Of a stretch of 49,460 bases of DNA, positions 17,748 through 24,980 are shown in pieces (within the stretch, counting starts at the first letter, position 1; every line of letters begins with the position of its first letter). The notes beneath the pieces were generated by a model that saw only the letters and a program-made list of their open reading frames with translations, made no database searches and was not told the origin of the DNA. The position numbers and the translations under genes are program-made. The DNA is from Candidatus Saccharimonadales bacterium (GTDB taxonomy: Bacteria; Patescibacteriota; Saccharimonadia; Saccharimonadales; UBA4665): positions 1-49,460 of the forward strand of contig DASVMD010000076.1 in the NCBI GenBank assembly GCA_036384495.1, written 5' to 3'.

Positions 17748-17779
17748 AAAATACTCCTATAAACTTATGGGAGTATTTT
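17748..17779 (+). terminator. rho-independent terminator after rpsI
   Basis: The stem pairs TACTCC(TA) at 17752-17759 with (TG)GGAGTA at 17768-17775. The flanks are extendable with A/T pairs. It is followed by TTTT at 17776-17779. Confidence 0.6.
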
Positions 17780-17783
17780 CATT

Positions 17784-18365
17784 ATGAGTCTACGCGGCAA
17801 TGTCTTAGTCGGAGCAGTCACAGCGTCAAGCGCATTACTAGGCGCATTCGGAGGATATGAGCAGGGTAGGCATGATGAGTCGGTGAGAATTAACGCTGCC
17901 GCTACGAGGCAACATCAAGATGAGCGAAATATACAGCTCGTAGAGCAGCGATCACGGGTTGGCCAAAATGTGGCCATTTTACTGCACGATAATGAGCAGG
18001 CTGTGCAAGTCCAGCGAAGTACTTTGTCAGCTTCACAACAACGAGACTTAGGGATAGACGCTGTATCATTCTCTTCAGGCCAAGACAGAAATAAAAGCAC
18101 TCCTTCATCGAGTATCGTTGCAGGCACAGCTGACGCGTTAGTGACGCTGCCCAACCTCAGAGCTCTTAAAAGTGATGCTAAAGGCCAAGCAGCCAAGGCT
18201 TCAAACGGCGACACGGCCACCGTAATAACAGAGACGCTTGTTGTTGGTGGGGCGGTAGGCGTCCTCACATTCATAATGGCAGATGTTGCTCGAGGAAATC
18301 GCCAACGCCGGCGAGAAGAGGCAGCGCGTCGTCCAGCTATTTTGGCCGGTGCGGATGATTTTTAG
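17784..18365 (+). CDS. hypothetical membrane protein
   Basis: 193 aa with an N-terminal hydrophobic segment (VLVGAVTASSALLGAFGG) and a C-terminal TM (LVVGGAVGVLTFIMA) followed by a basic tail. There is no recognisable domain. The start is immediately downstream of the rpsI terminator and has no clear SD. Confidence 0.5.
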   Translation: MSLRGNVLVGAVTASSALLGAFGGYEQGRHDESVRINAAATRQHQDERNIQLVEQRSRVGQNVAILLHDNEQAVQVQRSTLSASQQRDLGIDAVSFSSGQDRNKSTPSSSIVAGTADALVTLPNLRALKSDAKGQAAKASNGDTATVITETLVVGGAVGVLTFIMADVARGNRQRRREEAARRPAILAGADDF

Positions 18366-18374
18366 CGCTCACAT

Positions 18375-18404
18375 TTGACAAGCCCTTGACGCGTGGTGTA
18401 TATT
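18375..18404 (+). promoter_or_regulatory. promoter-like TTGACA-18 nt-TATATT upstream of the trpS leader
   Basis: TTGACA is at 18375-18380 and TATATT at 18399-18404. Confidence 0.45.
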
Positions 18405-18411
18405 ACGACGC

Positions 18412-18534
18412 ATGTCAACAGCAACCTGCTTCAACAAGTATTGGTTTACCCGCACTTCTAGTGGCGGTTCTTTTGCTGTATAGACATATTTCATAAACCA
18501 GCAAGGCAAACCGTCACAAAAGTGGCGGTTTTTT
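18412..18534 (+). promoter_or_regulatory. candidate transcription-attenuation leader (23-codon mini-ORF with a Trp codon plus two terminator-like hairpins sharing the arm GTGGCGGT)
   Basis: The mini-ORF runs from ATG 18412 to TAG 18483 and encodes MSTATCFNKYWFTRTSSGGSFAV, with TGG at 18442-18444. Hairpin 1 pairs CCGCAC (18450-18455) with GTGGCGG (18461-18467). Hairpin 2 pairs ACCGTCAC (18510-18517) with GTGGCGGT (18522-18529) and is followed by a T-run to 18534. Segment 18461-18468 can alternatively pair with 18510-18517. Confidence 0.35.
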
Positions 18535-18551
18535 AATGTAAGGAGAATACA

Positions 18552-18716
18552 ATGCCAACGCTCGAACAAATACCAAATCCACAGCCCTCGGTGGAGGAGC
18601 TCATCCTCAGGCCATACGCCACCGAAGAAGAAATCAAAGAACAGCGAGCAGCTAATCACGTTGCCAATTTGCTGGCCAAAATCCGCAATGAGAACATCGG
18701 TACCCATTACCACTAA
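18552..18716 (+). CDS. hypothetical small protein (54 aa) upstream of trpS
   Basis: This ORF is not in the track. My translation is MPTLEQIPNPQPSVEELILRPYATEEEIKEQRAANHVANLLAKIRNENIGTHYH. A strong AAGGAG SD (18540-18545) lies 6 nt before the ATG. It is on the same strand as trpS. Confidence 0.45.
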   Translation: MPTLEQIPNPQPSVEELILRPYATEEEIKEQRAANHVANLLAKIRNENIGTHYH

Positions 18717-18737
18717 ATCAGGATATAATACATAGAG

Positions 18738-19769
18738 ATGACAAAACCTGTAATTCTGACCGGCCTACGCGCCAATAGCGACCTACATATCGGCAACTAC
18801 CTAGGTGCTTTGCTGCCGATTGTAGATATGGCAAAAAAACACGCCGATGAGTACCAGGTCAATCTGTTTGTGCCAGATTTACATAGCTTTACAACGCCAA
18901 TTGACCATAGCTCGCTACAGGCAAACATCAAGCAGAGCCTACGTGTCTTTGTGGCGGCTGGATTGCCGCTCGACAACCCAGATGTGCACCTCTATAGGCA
19001 AAGTTACATTCCAGCTCATAGTGAGCTAGCCTAGATTTTGGATTGCTTTACTGGTTTTGGCGAGCTGAGCCGCATGGCCGAATTCAAAGATAAATCTGCC
19101 CGTTTAGGCGTAGATCACATTGGCGTCGGACAATTTAACTATCCACCACTAATGGCTGCCGATATTCTGCTGTACAATGCCAGCTACGTGCCAGTCGGCG
19201 ACGACCAGCGCCAGCACATAGAATTTACTCGTACCATCGCTGAGCGCCTTAATAAGCGCTTTGGCGAACTATTCGTAGTGCCAAAACCTATGAGAGAACA
19301 ACACAAGTTCTTCGGCAAGGACCAAGGGCTGCGTATCAAAGATTTGGTTGATCCGACCAAAAAAATGAGCAAATCCGATGAGTCGGCAAGAGGTATCATT
19401 TTTATGACCGATTCACCTGCGGCAGCTCGCAAAAAGATTATGTCCGCTACTACTGACAGCCTCGGAAAGATCGCTTACGATAAAGACAAACAGCCTGGCA
19501 TTACCAACTTGCTCGATCTGTTAGCCCTATTCAGTGATCGTGATCTCATGGCAGTTACCAAAGAGTACACCGGCCAAGAGCAATACGGCCCACTCAAAAC
19601 TGCGGTCGCCGATGCTATTGCAGCGTATCTTGAGAAGTTCCAAACAGCGCTCAGTCAGGTAGACGACCAAGCCATCCAAGCCAAGCTGGAAACCTCCGAA
19701 AAACAGATGAATCAGCAAGCCAATGCCACGCTGCTCAAAGTCCAAAAAGCCGTTGGCTTGAGGCCGTAA
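18738..19769 (+). pseudogene. trpS: tryptophan--tRNA ligase (TrpRS) reading frame interrupted by a single in-frame TAG (19032-19034)
   Basis: The two track ORFs (18738-19034 and 19038-19769) are in the same frame. The N-terminal part has the HIGH-type motif (DLHIGNYLG). The C-terminal part has GELSRMAEFKDKS, VPVGDDQRQHIEFTR and KMSKS. The TAG replaces the Trp of the conserved ...ELxW.L.C... block. Confidence 0.85.
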
Positions 19770-20623
19770 TGAGCAATTTGGAGATTTCGCGGGCTAAGCG
19801 GCTCGATCTGTATGTGGTAGACCAAATCCAAACCGTGAGCCGCGCCTTCGCGGCCAAACTTATCGAGCGCGGCGACGTGCTGGTCAACGGCGTGGCCGAG
19901 CACAAAGCCGGCTTTAAGATCAGGCCAGGGGACGTTATCACGATTACCTACGATGCCAGCCAAGAGCCGCCCATCCCCGAAATCGATCTCGAAGTTGTCT
20001 ACGAAGACAAAAGTTGCGTGGTTATTAATAAGCCGGTCGGCGTGCTGTCGCACAGTAAGGGCGCTTTTAACCCCGAAGGCACGGTAGAAAGCTGGCTCAG
20101 AAGCCGCATTAAAGGCATCGAGGGCGACCGCGCCGGTATTGTGCATCGTTTAGACCGCGCCACCTCCGGCGTCATGATCTGCGCGCGCACCCCAGAGGCC
20201 CTCAGCTGGCTACAAAAGCAATTCGCTCAGCGCAAGGTCAAAAAGACCTACGTGGCGGTCGTAAAGGGCGTATTTAAGCAAGAGCAAGCGATAATTGACA
20301 TGCCCATTGAGCGCAACCCCAAAAAACCGCAGACCTTTCGGGTTGGCAGCAACGGTAAAACGGCGCAAACTGAGTACCACGTACTTGCTACAAATGGTAC
20401 ATATAGCCAAGTTGAGCTCCAACCGGCTACTGGGCGTACTCATCAATTGCGTGTCCATCTTGAGCATCTGGGCCATCCAATTGTTGGCGACACTTACTAC
20501 GGCGGCCCCAAAGCCGACCGCTTATTCCTGCACGCTCGCGAGCTCGAACTGACGCTGCCTAGTAAAGAGCTCAAAACCTTTACCGTGCCGGTCCCGCCGG
20601 AGTTTGAGGAGCTGGTAGCGTGA
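19769..20623 (+). CDS. RluA-family 23S rRNA pseudouridine synthase (RluD-like, with N-terminal S4 domain)
   Basis: 284 aa with the motifs HRLDRATSGVMICAR, KTYVAVVKG and GRTHQLRVHL. Its start overlaps the trpS stop (TAATG). Confidence 0.9.
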   Translation: MSNLEISRAKRLDLYVVDQIQTVSRAFAAKLIERGDVLVNGVAEHKAGFKIRPGDVITITYDASQEPPIPEIDLEVVYEDKSCVVINKPVGVLSHSKGAFNPEGTVESWLRSRIKGIEGDRAGIVHRLDRATSGVMICARTPEALSWLQKQFAQRKVKKTYVAVVKGVFKQEQAIIDMPIERNPKKPQTFRVGSNGKTAQTEYHVLATNGTYSQVELQPATGRTHQLRVHLEHLGHPIVGDTYYGGPKADRLFLHARELELTLPSKELKTFTVPVPPEFEELVA

Positions 20624-21477
20624 GCCAGCTCGTGTTGCACCCACTTACCAGGGAGCAGCTGGATCAGTTTGGCACCCAGCCTCCGCATGCTATTTTACTG
20701 GTTGGCGCAGCCGGCAGCGGTAAATCGGCCCTCGCTACCCAGCTGGCCGAGACAATTTTAGAACTCCCCCCATATGACTTTGACCAATATGCCTACAGCA
20801 CGCGAATCGAGCCGAGCGATGGCAAAGCCATCGGTATCGAAGCAATTCGCGAATTGGAGCATTTTTTGAGTCTCAAAGTGCCTACCCGGACAGCTCAAAA
20901 CCGCTTAGTTATTATAGAAAACGCCCACACCTTAACCACTGAGGCCCAAAACGCCCTCCTAAAAACGCTGGAGGAGCCTCCAAAAGGCACCGTTTTACTC
21001 CTTACAGCCACCAGTGAGCAGGCTTTGTTGCCTACAATTCGCTCCAGAGTGCAGAAAATCGCCGTGAAACGGCCTTTAACAGATGACATAATTCAACATT
21101 TCACAGCCCGCGGCCATGATCAAAAAGCCATAAAACAGGCTTATGGTATCAGCGGCGGCCTACCGGGCCTTATGACCGCTCTCCTAGAAGACAGCGACCA
21201 CCCTCTGCGCGAAGCCACCGAAATAGCGCGCAAACTCCTGGGACAGAACACCTACGAGCGTCTTTTAATGGTTGATCAGCTAAGCAAGCAAAAAACGGAG
21301 GCCCAGGACGTGCTTTTCATCTTGCAACAGATGGCCCATGTAAGCTTGCAAACTGCTTCTGGAAAGGTCGCCGACAGATGGAAAGCGGTACTCCAAGCCA
21401 GCTATCAGGCCTCAGAACAGCTAGCCAACAGCGCTCAACCGAAGTTAGCTCTGACCAATTTCGTGCTATACTTATAG
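20620..21477 (+). CDS. holB: DNA polymerase III subunit delta'
   Basis: 285 aa with a GTG start overlapping the rluD-like stop (GTGA). It has a Walker A motif (GAAGSGKS), the block NALLKTLEEPP and the sensor SRVQKI. Confidence 0.85.
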   Translation: MSQLVLHPLTREQLDQFGTQPPHAILLVGAAGSGKSALATQLAETILELPPYDFDQYAYSTRIEPSDGKAIGIEAIRELEHFLSLKVPTRTAQNRLVIIENAHTLTTEAQNALLKTLEEPPKGTVLLLTATSEQALLPTIRSRVQKIAVKRPLTDDIIQHFTARGHDQKAIKQAYGISGGLPGLMTALLEDSDHPLREATEIARKLLGQNTYERLLMVDQLSKQKTEAQDVLFILQQMAHVSLQTASGKVADRWKAVLQASYQASEQLANSAQPKLALTNFVLYL

Positions 21478-21483
21478 GTAGAA

Positions 21484-22143
21484 ATGTATGAATTGCTCAT
21501 AGTCGCCGCTTTTGGCGCGCTCGCATATCACAATGCTCATGTCCACGACGATGAGTTTGCTAACGTCTCCCGTCGCGTTGGCGACCGATTAGGCAAATTA
21601 TGGGATATTGCCCACCAAGGCATGCGCGAAAACCGCTTCCTGCGCGCCGAAAAAGCTCTGCTCACTATCTTAAAAATCGACGAAAAGAACGCCGCCGCCT
21701 ACAACCGCCTCGGCATTCTGTATGCTAAGCAAAAAGAATATCGTGATGCCATTGACTGTTTTGAAATCGCCTCTAGCATCGAGGCAACGCCATCATCGCT
21801 GCACAACCTAGGCCTTATTTATTACGAAACGGAAAACTACGATAAAGCGGCCATCGCCTTTGAGCAATCCCTGAAACTCGAAGACAACCTAGCTGCCCGC
21901 CACGTCGCCTACGCCAAAGTTCAAGAAAAGCTCGGCAACGACAAACTAATGTTCCAAGAACTCGAAAAAGCCGCCGAACTCGAACCCAACCAAGAAACCT
22001 ACTCACTCCTGTACAAAGCCTACACCAACCACGGCATGGCCGCCGAAGCCGACCTCATCGCCGACAAACTCAAAAAGCTCAAAAAAGCACCGACCACCGC
22101 TCGTGCAAAGCGCATCCTGCGCCCCCGCCGCGTTGTTGTCTAA
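21484..22143 (+). CDS. TPR-repeat protein with N-terminal hydrophobic segment
   Basis: 219 aa with TPR-like repeats (AAAYNRLGILYAKQKEYRDAIDCFEIA; LHNLGLIYYETENYDKAAIAFEQSLKL) and a basic C-terminus. Confidence 0.7.
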   Translation: MYELLIVAAFGALAYHNAHVHDDEFANVSRRVGDRLGKLWDIAHQGMRENRFLRAEKALLTILKIDEKNAAAYNRLGILYAKQKEYRDAIDCFEIASSIEATPSSLHNLGLIYYETENYDKAAIAFEQSLKLEDNLAARHVAYAKVQEKLGNDKLMFQELEKAAELEPNQETYSLLYKAYTNHGMAAEADLIADKLKKLKKAPTTARAKRILRPRRVVV

Positions 22144-22349
22144 GCTTTCTTATAATCGGTAAAATAGTAGGCGATAGCCACAATCGGGTGGATCAGCAAC
22201 ATGCCAACGATCCACAAAATCTTGGCGTTTTGACTGATGCGAGTGTTCTGTATGGCGTTAATGAGCATGTAGATCTCGAACACCAGCACAACGAGTGCCA
22301 CAATAATCAGCGGGCCACCGAGATCCATCCAAGCAAAAGCTTTTAGCAT
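22140..22349 (-). CDS. small membrane protein, PLD-nuclease N-terminal (PLDc_N)-like
   Basis: 69 aa with two TM segments. The sequence ...ILWIVGMLLIHPIVAIAYYF resembles the PLDc_N family pattern, recalled from memory. Confidence 0.55.
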   Translation of the reverse strand: MLKAFAWMDLGGPLIIVALVVLVFEIYMLINAIQNTRISQNAKILWIVGMLLIHPIVAIAYYFTDYKKA

Positions 22350-22399
22350 AATACCCTCATTGTACGACTTGAGCTACTAAAATAAAAGAAGCGATAAAA

Positions 22400-22485
22400 T
22401 GGTGCAGGGTGCAGGATTCGAACCTGCGAAGGCATAAGCCATCAGATTTACAGTCTGACGTGTTTGACCGCTTCACTAACCCTGC
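22400..22485 (-). tRNA. tRNA-Tyr (anticodon GTA), long variable arm, CCA encoded
   Basis: The reverse complement is GCAGGGTTAGTGAAGCGGTCAAACACGTCAGACTGTAAATCTGATGGCTTATGCCTTCGCAGGTTCGAATCCTGCACCCTGCACCA. The acceptor stem is GCAGGGT/ACCCTGC. The anticodon stem is TCAGA/TCTGA with loop CTGTAAA. Confidence 0.9.
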
Positions 22486-22495
22486 ATTGTTAAAC

Positions 22496-22570
22496 TGGAG
22501 CCGCCTGTGGGATTTGAACCCACGACCTCATCCTTACCATGGATGCGCTCTACCCCTGAGCTAAGGCGGC
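22496..22570 (-). tRNA. tRNA-Thr (anticodon GGT), CCA encoded
   Basis: The reverse complement is GCCGCCTTAGCTCAGGGGTAGAGCGCATCCATGGTAAGGATGAGGTCGTGGGTTCAAATCCCACAGGCGGCTCCA. The anticodon stem is CATCC/GGATG with loop ATGGTAA. Confidence 0.9.
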
Positions 22571-22684
22571 ATACAATCTGATAATTAACTAGACAATAGT
22601 AGCAGATTATCTGTTATTTTGCTATACTTGCAAACGTTCACGTTCCTTAAGAATTAGTTAATCTAAGTTCGATATAATTGAAAT

Positions 22685-23098
22685 ATGTCGAATTGTCTTT
22701 ATTGTGCCAGGAAAACCTCTGGAAAAAATAGCCGCTATTGCTCTAATAGGTGTCAGGCAGACTATCAGTATGAACAATATATCGCACATTGGAAAGCGGG
22801 GTTGGTTAGTGGATCGCGGGGTGTTAATGCCAAAAACATCTCAGGACATATCGTGCGATATATACACAGCCAGTACGGAGATGCTTGCTCATTGTGCGGC
22901 TGGAATCAGATCAATCCGGCAACGGGTAGGGTCCCGTTAGAAATTGATCACATCGATGGGAACTCTGAGAATAATTCTGAAAACAATTTGCGCGTTATTT
23001 GTCCAAACTGTCATGCTCTTACACCTAGCTTCAGAAATCTCAATAAAGGTAGGGGAAGAGTGTGGCGTAAGGTAAAATATATCAAGGTTCAGAAATAA
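22685..23098 (+). CDS. HNH endonuclease
   Basis: 137 aa. An N-terminal Cys-rich region (CLYC...YCSNRC) is followed by the HNH core LEIDHIDGNSENNSENNLRVICPNCHALT. The region is visibly AT-richer than the r-protein genes; a hand count of the first 60 nt gives 24 G+C versus 29 for rpsJ. Confidence 0.85.
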   Translation: MSNCLYCARKTSGKNSRYCSNRCQADYQYEQYIAHWKAGLVSGSRGVNAKNISGHIVRYIHSQYGDACSLCGWNQINPATGRVPLEIDHIDGNSENNSENNLRVICPNCHALTPSFRNLNKGRGRVWRKVKYIKVQK

Positions 23099-23174
23099 GC
23101 CACCTTAGCTCAGTTGGTAGAGCAACACTTTTGTAAAGTGAAGGTCGTCGGTTCGAGTCCGACAGGTGGCTCCA
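23099..23174 (+). tRNA. tRNA-Thr (anticodon TGT), CCA encoded
   Basis: The sequence is GCCACCTTAGCTCAGTTGGTAGAGCAACACTTTTGTAAAGTGAAGGTCGTCGGTTCGAGTCCGACAGGTGGCTCCA. The acceptor stem is GCCACCT/AGGTGGC. The 7-nt anticodon loop TTTGTAA gives anticodon UGU. It starts at the base immediately after the HNH stop codon. Confidence 0.82.
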
Positions 23175-23261
23175 AATTATTCTACGAGAACACTCAAATC
23201 TATAGTTCAAAGTAATCAATACACTTGCATAATACATCCGTACTGTACTAGTGTAGGAAGT

Positions 23262-23639
23262 ATGGAAAGTCATCCTCTGGCCCAAGCAGATGCAAGCCTA
23301 TCAGATCGGTTTGGGGAGTACTTAGAGGCTCAAGACCAGGCGATCGCTGCATGGGGCGAGAATCACCCAGATGCATTAACGTTGCAGGTTAAAGCCCTCA
23401 GCCTAGGGCTCCAAGCAGGCGCACTAATGCTTCGCGAGGCCGGCATTAGACTTGATGCCAGTAATCTGCAAGTTCCGCTTCGCCCACTCAAAATAAGTGA
23501 AGCCGCGGTAATTTTAGGCGTCAGTACTTCATCTATCCGTCGATGGACAAATAATGGTGATTTGCGATCATATCGAACGCCTGGCAACCAGCGTCGATTC
23601 AACCTCGCAGATGTTCTCGACGTCCTACAGGCCGAATAA
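23262..23639 (+). CDS. MerR/excisionase-type (BldC-like) helix-turn-helix DNA-binding protein
   Basis: I chose the internal ATG at 23262, preceded by an AGGAAG SD, because the track ORF start at 23166 overlaps the tRNA. The C-terminus LKISEAAVILGVSTSSIRRWTNNGDLRSYRTPGNQRRFNLADV matches the HTH...TPGGHRR pattern of MerR-like/excisionase-family binders. Confidence 0.6.
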   Translation: MESHPLAQADASLSDRFGEYLEAQDQAIAAWGENHPDALTLQVKALSLGLQAGALMLREAGIRLDASNLQVPLRPLKISEAAVILGVSTSSIRRWTNNGDLRSYRTPGNQRRFNLADVLDVLQAE

Positions 23640-23653
23640 CTTTGACTCACCCC

Positions 23654-23682
23654 TTCACAAACCCCGTCTAATCTGTTACAAT
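23654..23682 (+). promoter_or_regulatory. promoter-like TTCACA-17 nt-TACAAT upstream of rpmG
   Basis: TTCACA is at 23654-23659 and TACAAT at 23677-23682. Confidence 0.4.
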
Positions 23683-23723
23683 CACAGGTAAGCATTTTTA
23701 TTAATTGATAAAGGTATACAAGA

Positions 23724-23924
23724 ATGGCTAAAAAAGGCGACAAACGCAAAATTATTGGCATGATCAGCGAAGAGAGCGGTGAGCGTATTTACTACACCAC
23801 CAAAAACACCATGAACACCCCTGATAAGCTCAGTCTTAAAAAGTACAGCCCCAAGCTCCGCAAGCACGTGGTCTTCACCGAAACCAAGAAAAACCTCGGC
23901 CGCAACGAAGCTCCTAAGCGCTAA
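23724..23924 (+). CDS. rpmG: 50S ribosomal protein L33 (bL33), Cys-less (C-) form
   Basis: 66 aa: [55 protein letters not shown]. This is the L33 pattern (YTTxKN..NTPD+LxLKKY.P..RKH) with the CxxC pairs replaced. Confidence 0.9.
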   Translation: MAKKGDKRKIIGMISEESGERIYYTTKNTMNTPDKLSLKKYSPKLRKHVVFTETKKNLGRNEAPKR

Positions 23925-23927
23925 ACT

Positions 23928-24980
23928 ATGGTTTTGTCGGTCGGCGAGAAGACTTACGCACGCGATATAGCGCTGCCCTCTTTCCCGGAAGTGGAAAACG
24001 ACTACTTGCCTGATACGGCTCTAGTCCATTTTCATTTTGCGCCCCATGCTACGGCTGAACACTTTGATGCCGCCAGTGAGCATTTAAAAGTGGCGGACAT
24101 ATACATACCTGAAGCTGTTGGCTGGGACGCGTCTGAACTACGTGACATAAACGCTATATCCAAGGGGGACAAGAAAGCGATCGCTAGAGCAAAGTTCTGG
24201 AATGCAAAAGATCCCATGGGCGCCTACTGTGATGCTCGCAACGATGCCTTGGCACGAACGTATAAGCCTGTGCTGTTGGTTGACGCCTCGGCCGATCAAA
24301 GAAGTTACCTAACTGGCCAGGCTTATTGGAAGACTTTTGGAGTAAATGCTGATGATCATCTCGAGAAGCTGGCGGACACCATGTCTGTAATAGCAAGGCG
24401 CGCCGCGATGCGAGACAGAATAATTGTGGGCAATCTAGGGCAAAAGGTTTCCGAACTTGTTGTCCGGCATCCTCGGCTAGCAAAAAAACCGACTGTCAAT
24501 GTGTTATGCACACTAGGTAATGCTCATGGGGAAGTCTATGACTATCTCGCTGCCCAAGAGGCCACTAAAGAGAATGTCCAGGTGAGTTACTGGTCAAGTT
24601 TGGGCTATCACGTTCCTGAGCAGGAGCTTGTAGATACATATAGGCGACAAAAGGCACCAACTCGCAGACAATTAATACGTGCTGTCACGGCACTTGCGCT
24701 GGCAGGGTCGGAGCTTCCAGGGCTTGATGAAGGTAGAACCCTCTATAATGCTCTTGCCTTAGTGTCGAGAAAACCAGATGCGCATTTTATTCTTGGGGCT
24801 ACAATGCTTGAATTGATGATGGAAGAACCCGAAGAGGCGTTGCAGTGGGCGTTCAAAACTAACACCCTCAAAGCTGAGGAAACCGCCGACTCCCAAGGCC
24901 TAGAATATCTCTGCTCCATGGCCACTAGAGCAGATGCGCTACTTAAAACTGACGCTACTTTCTGGCGTCGTGCTCGATAA
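23928..24980 (+). CDS. hypothetical protein (350 aa)
   Basis: This long ORF starts 4 nt after the rpmG stop. I recognised no domain. Its 3' end overlaps the convergent GH15 gene by 42 nt. Confidence 0.6.
   Translation: MVLSVGEKTYARDIALPSFPEVENDYLPDTALVHFHFAPHATAEHFDAASEHLKVADIYIPEAVGWDASELRDINAISKGDKKAIARAKFWNAKDPMGAYCDARNDALARTYKPVLLVDASADQRSYLTGQAYWKTFGVNADDHLEKLADTMSVIARRAAMRDRIIVGNLGQKVSELVVRHPRLAKKPTVNVLCTLGNAHGEVYDYLAAQEATKENVQVSYWSSLGYHVPEQELVDTYRRQKAPTRRQLIRAVTALALAGSELPGLDEGRTLYNALALVSRKPDAHFILGATMLELMMEEPEEALQWAFKTNTLKAEETADSQGLEYLCSMATRADALLKTDATFWRRAR

Noticed and set aside
18369-18713. 114-aa minus-strand ORF covering the whole rpsI-distal / trpS-upstream spacer.
   Set aside because: Its translation is Cys/Trp/Phe-rich and not protein-like. 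It runs across the plus-strand promoter, both hairpins and the SD-preceded 54-aa ORF. The plus-strand interpretation explains more of the sequence features.
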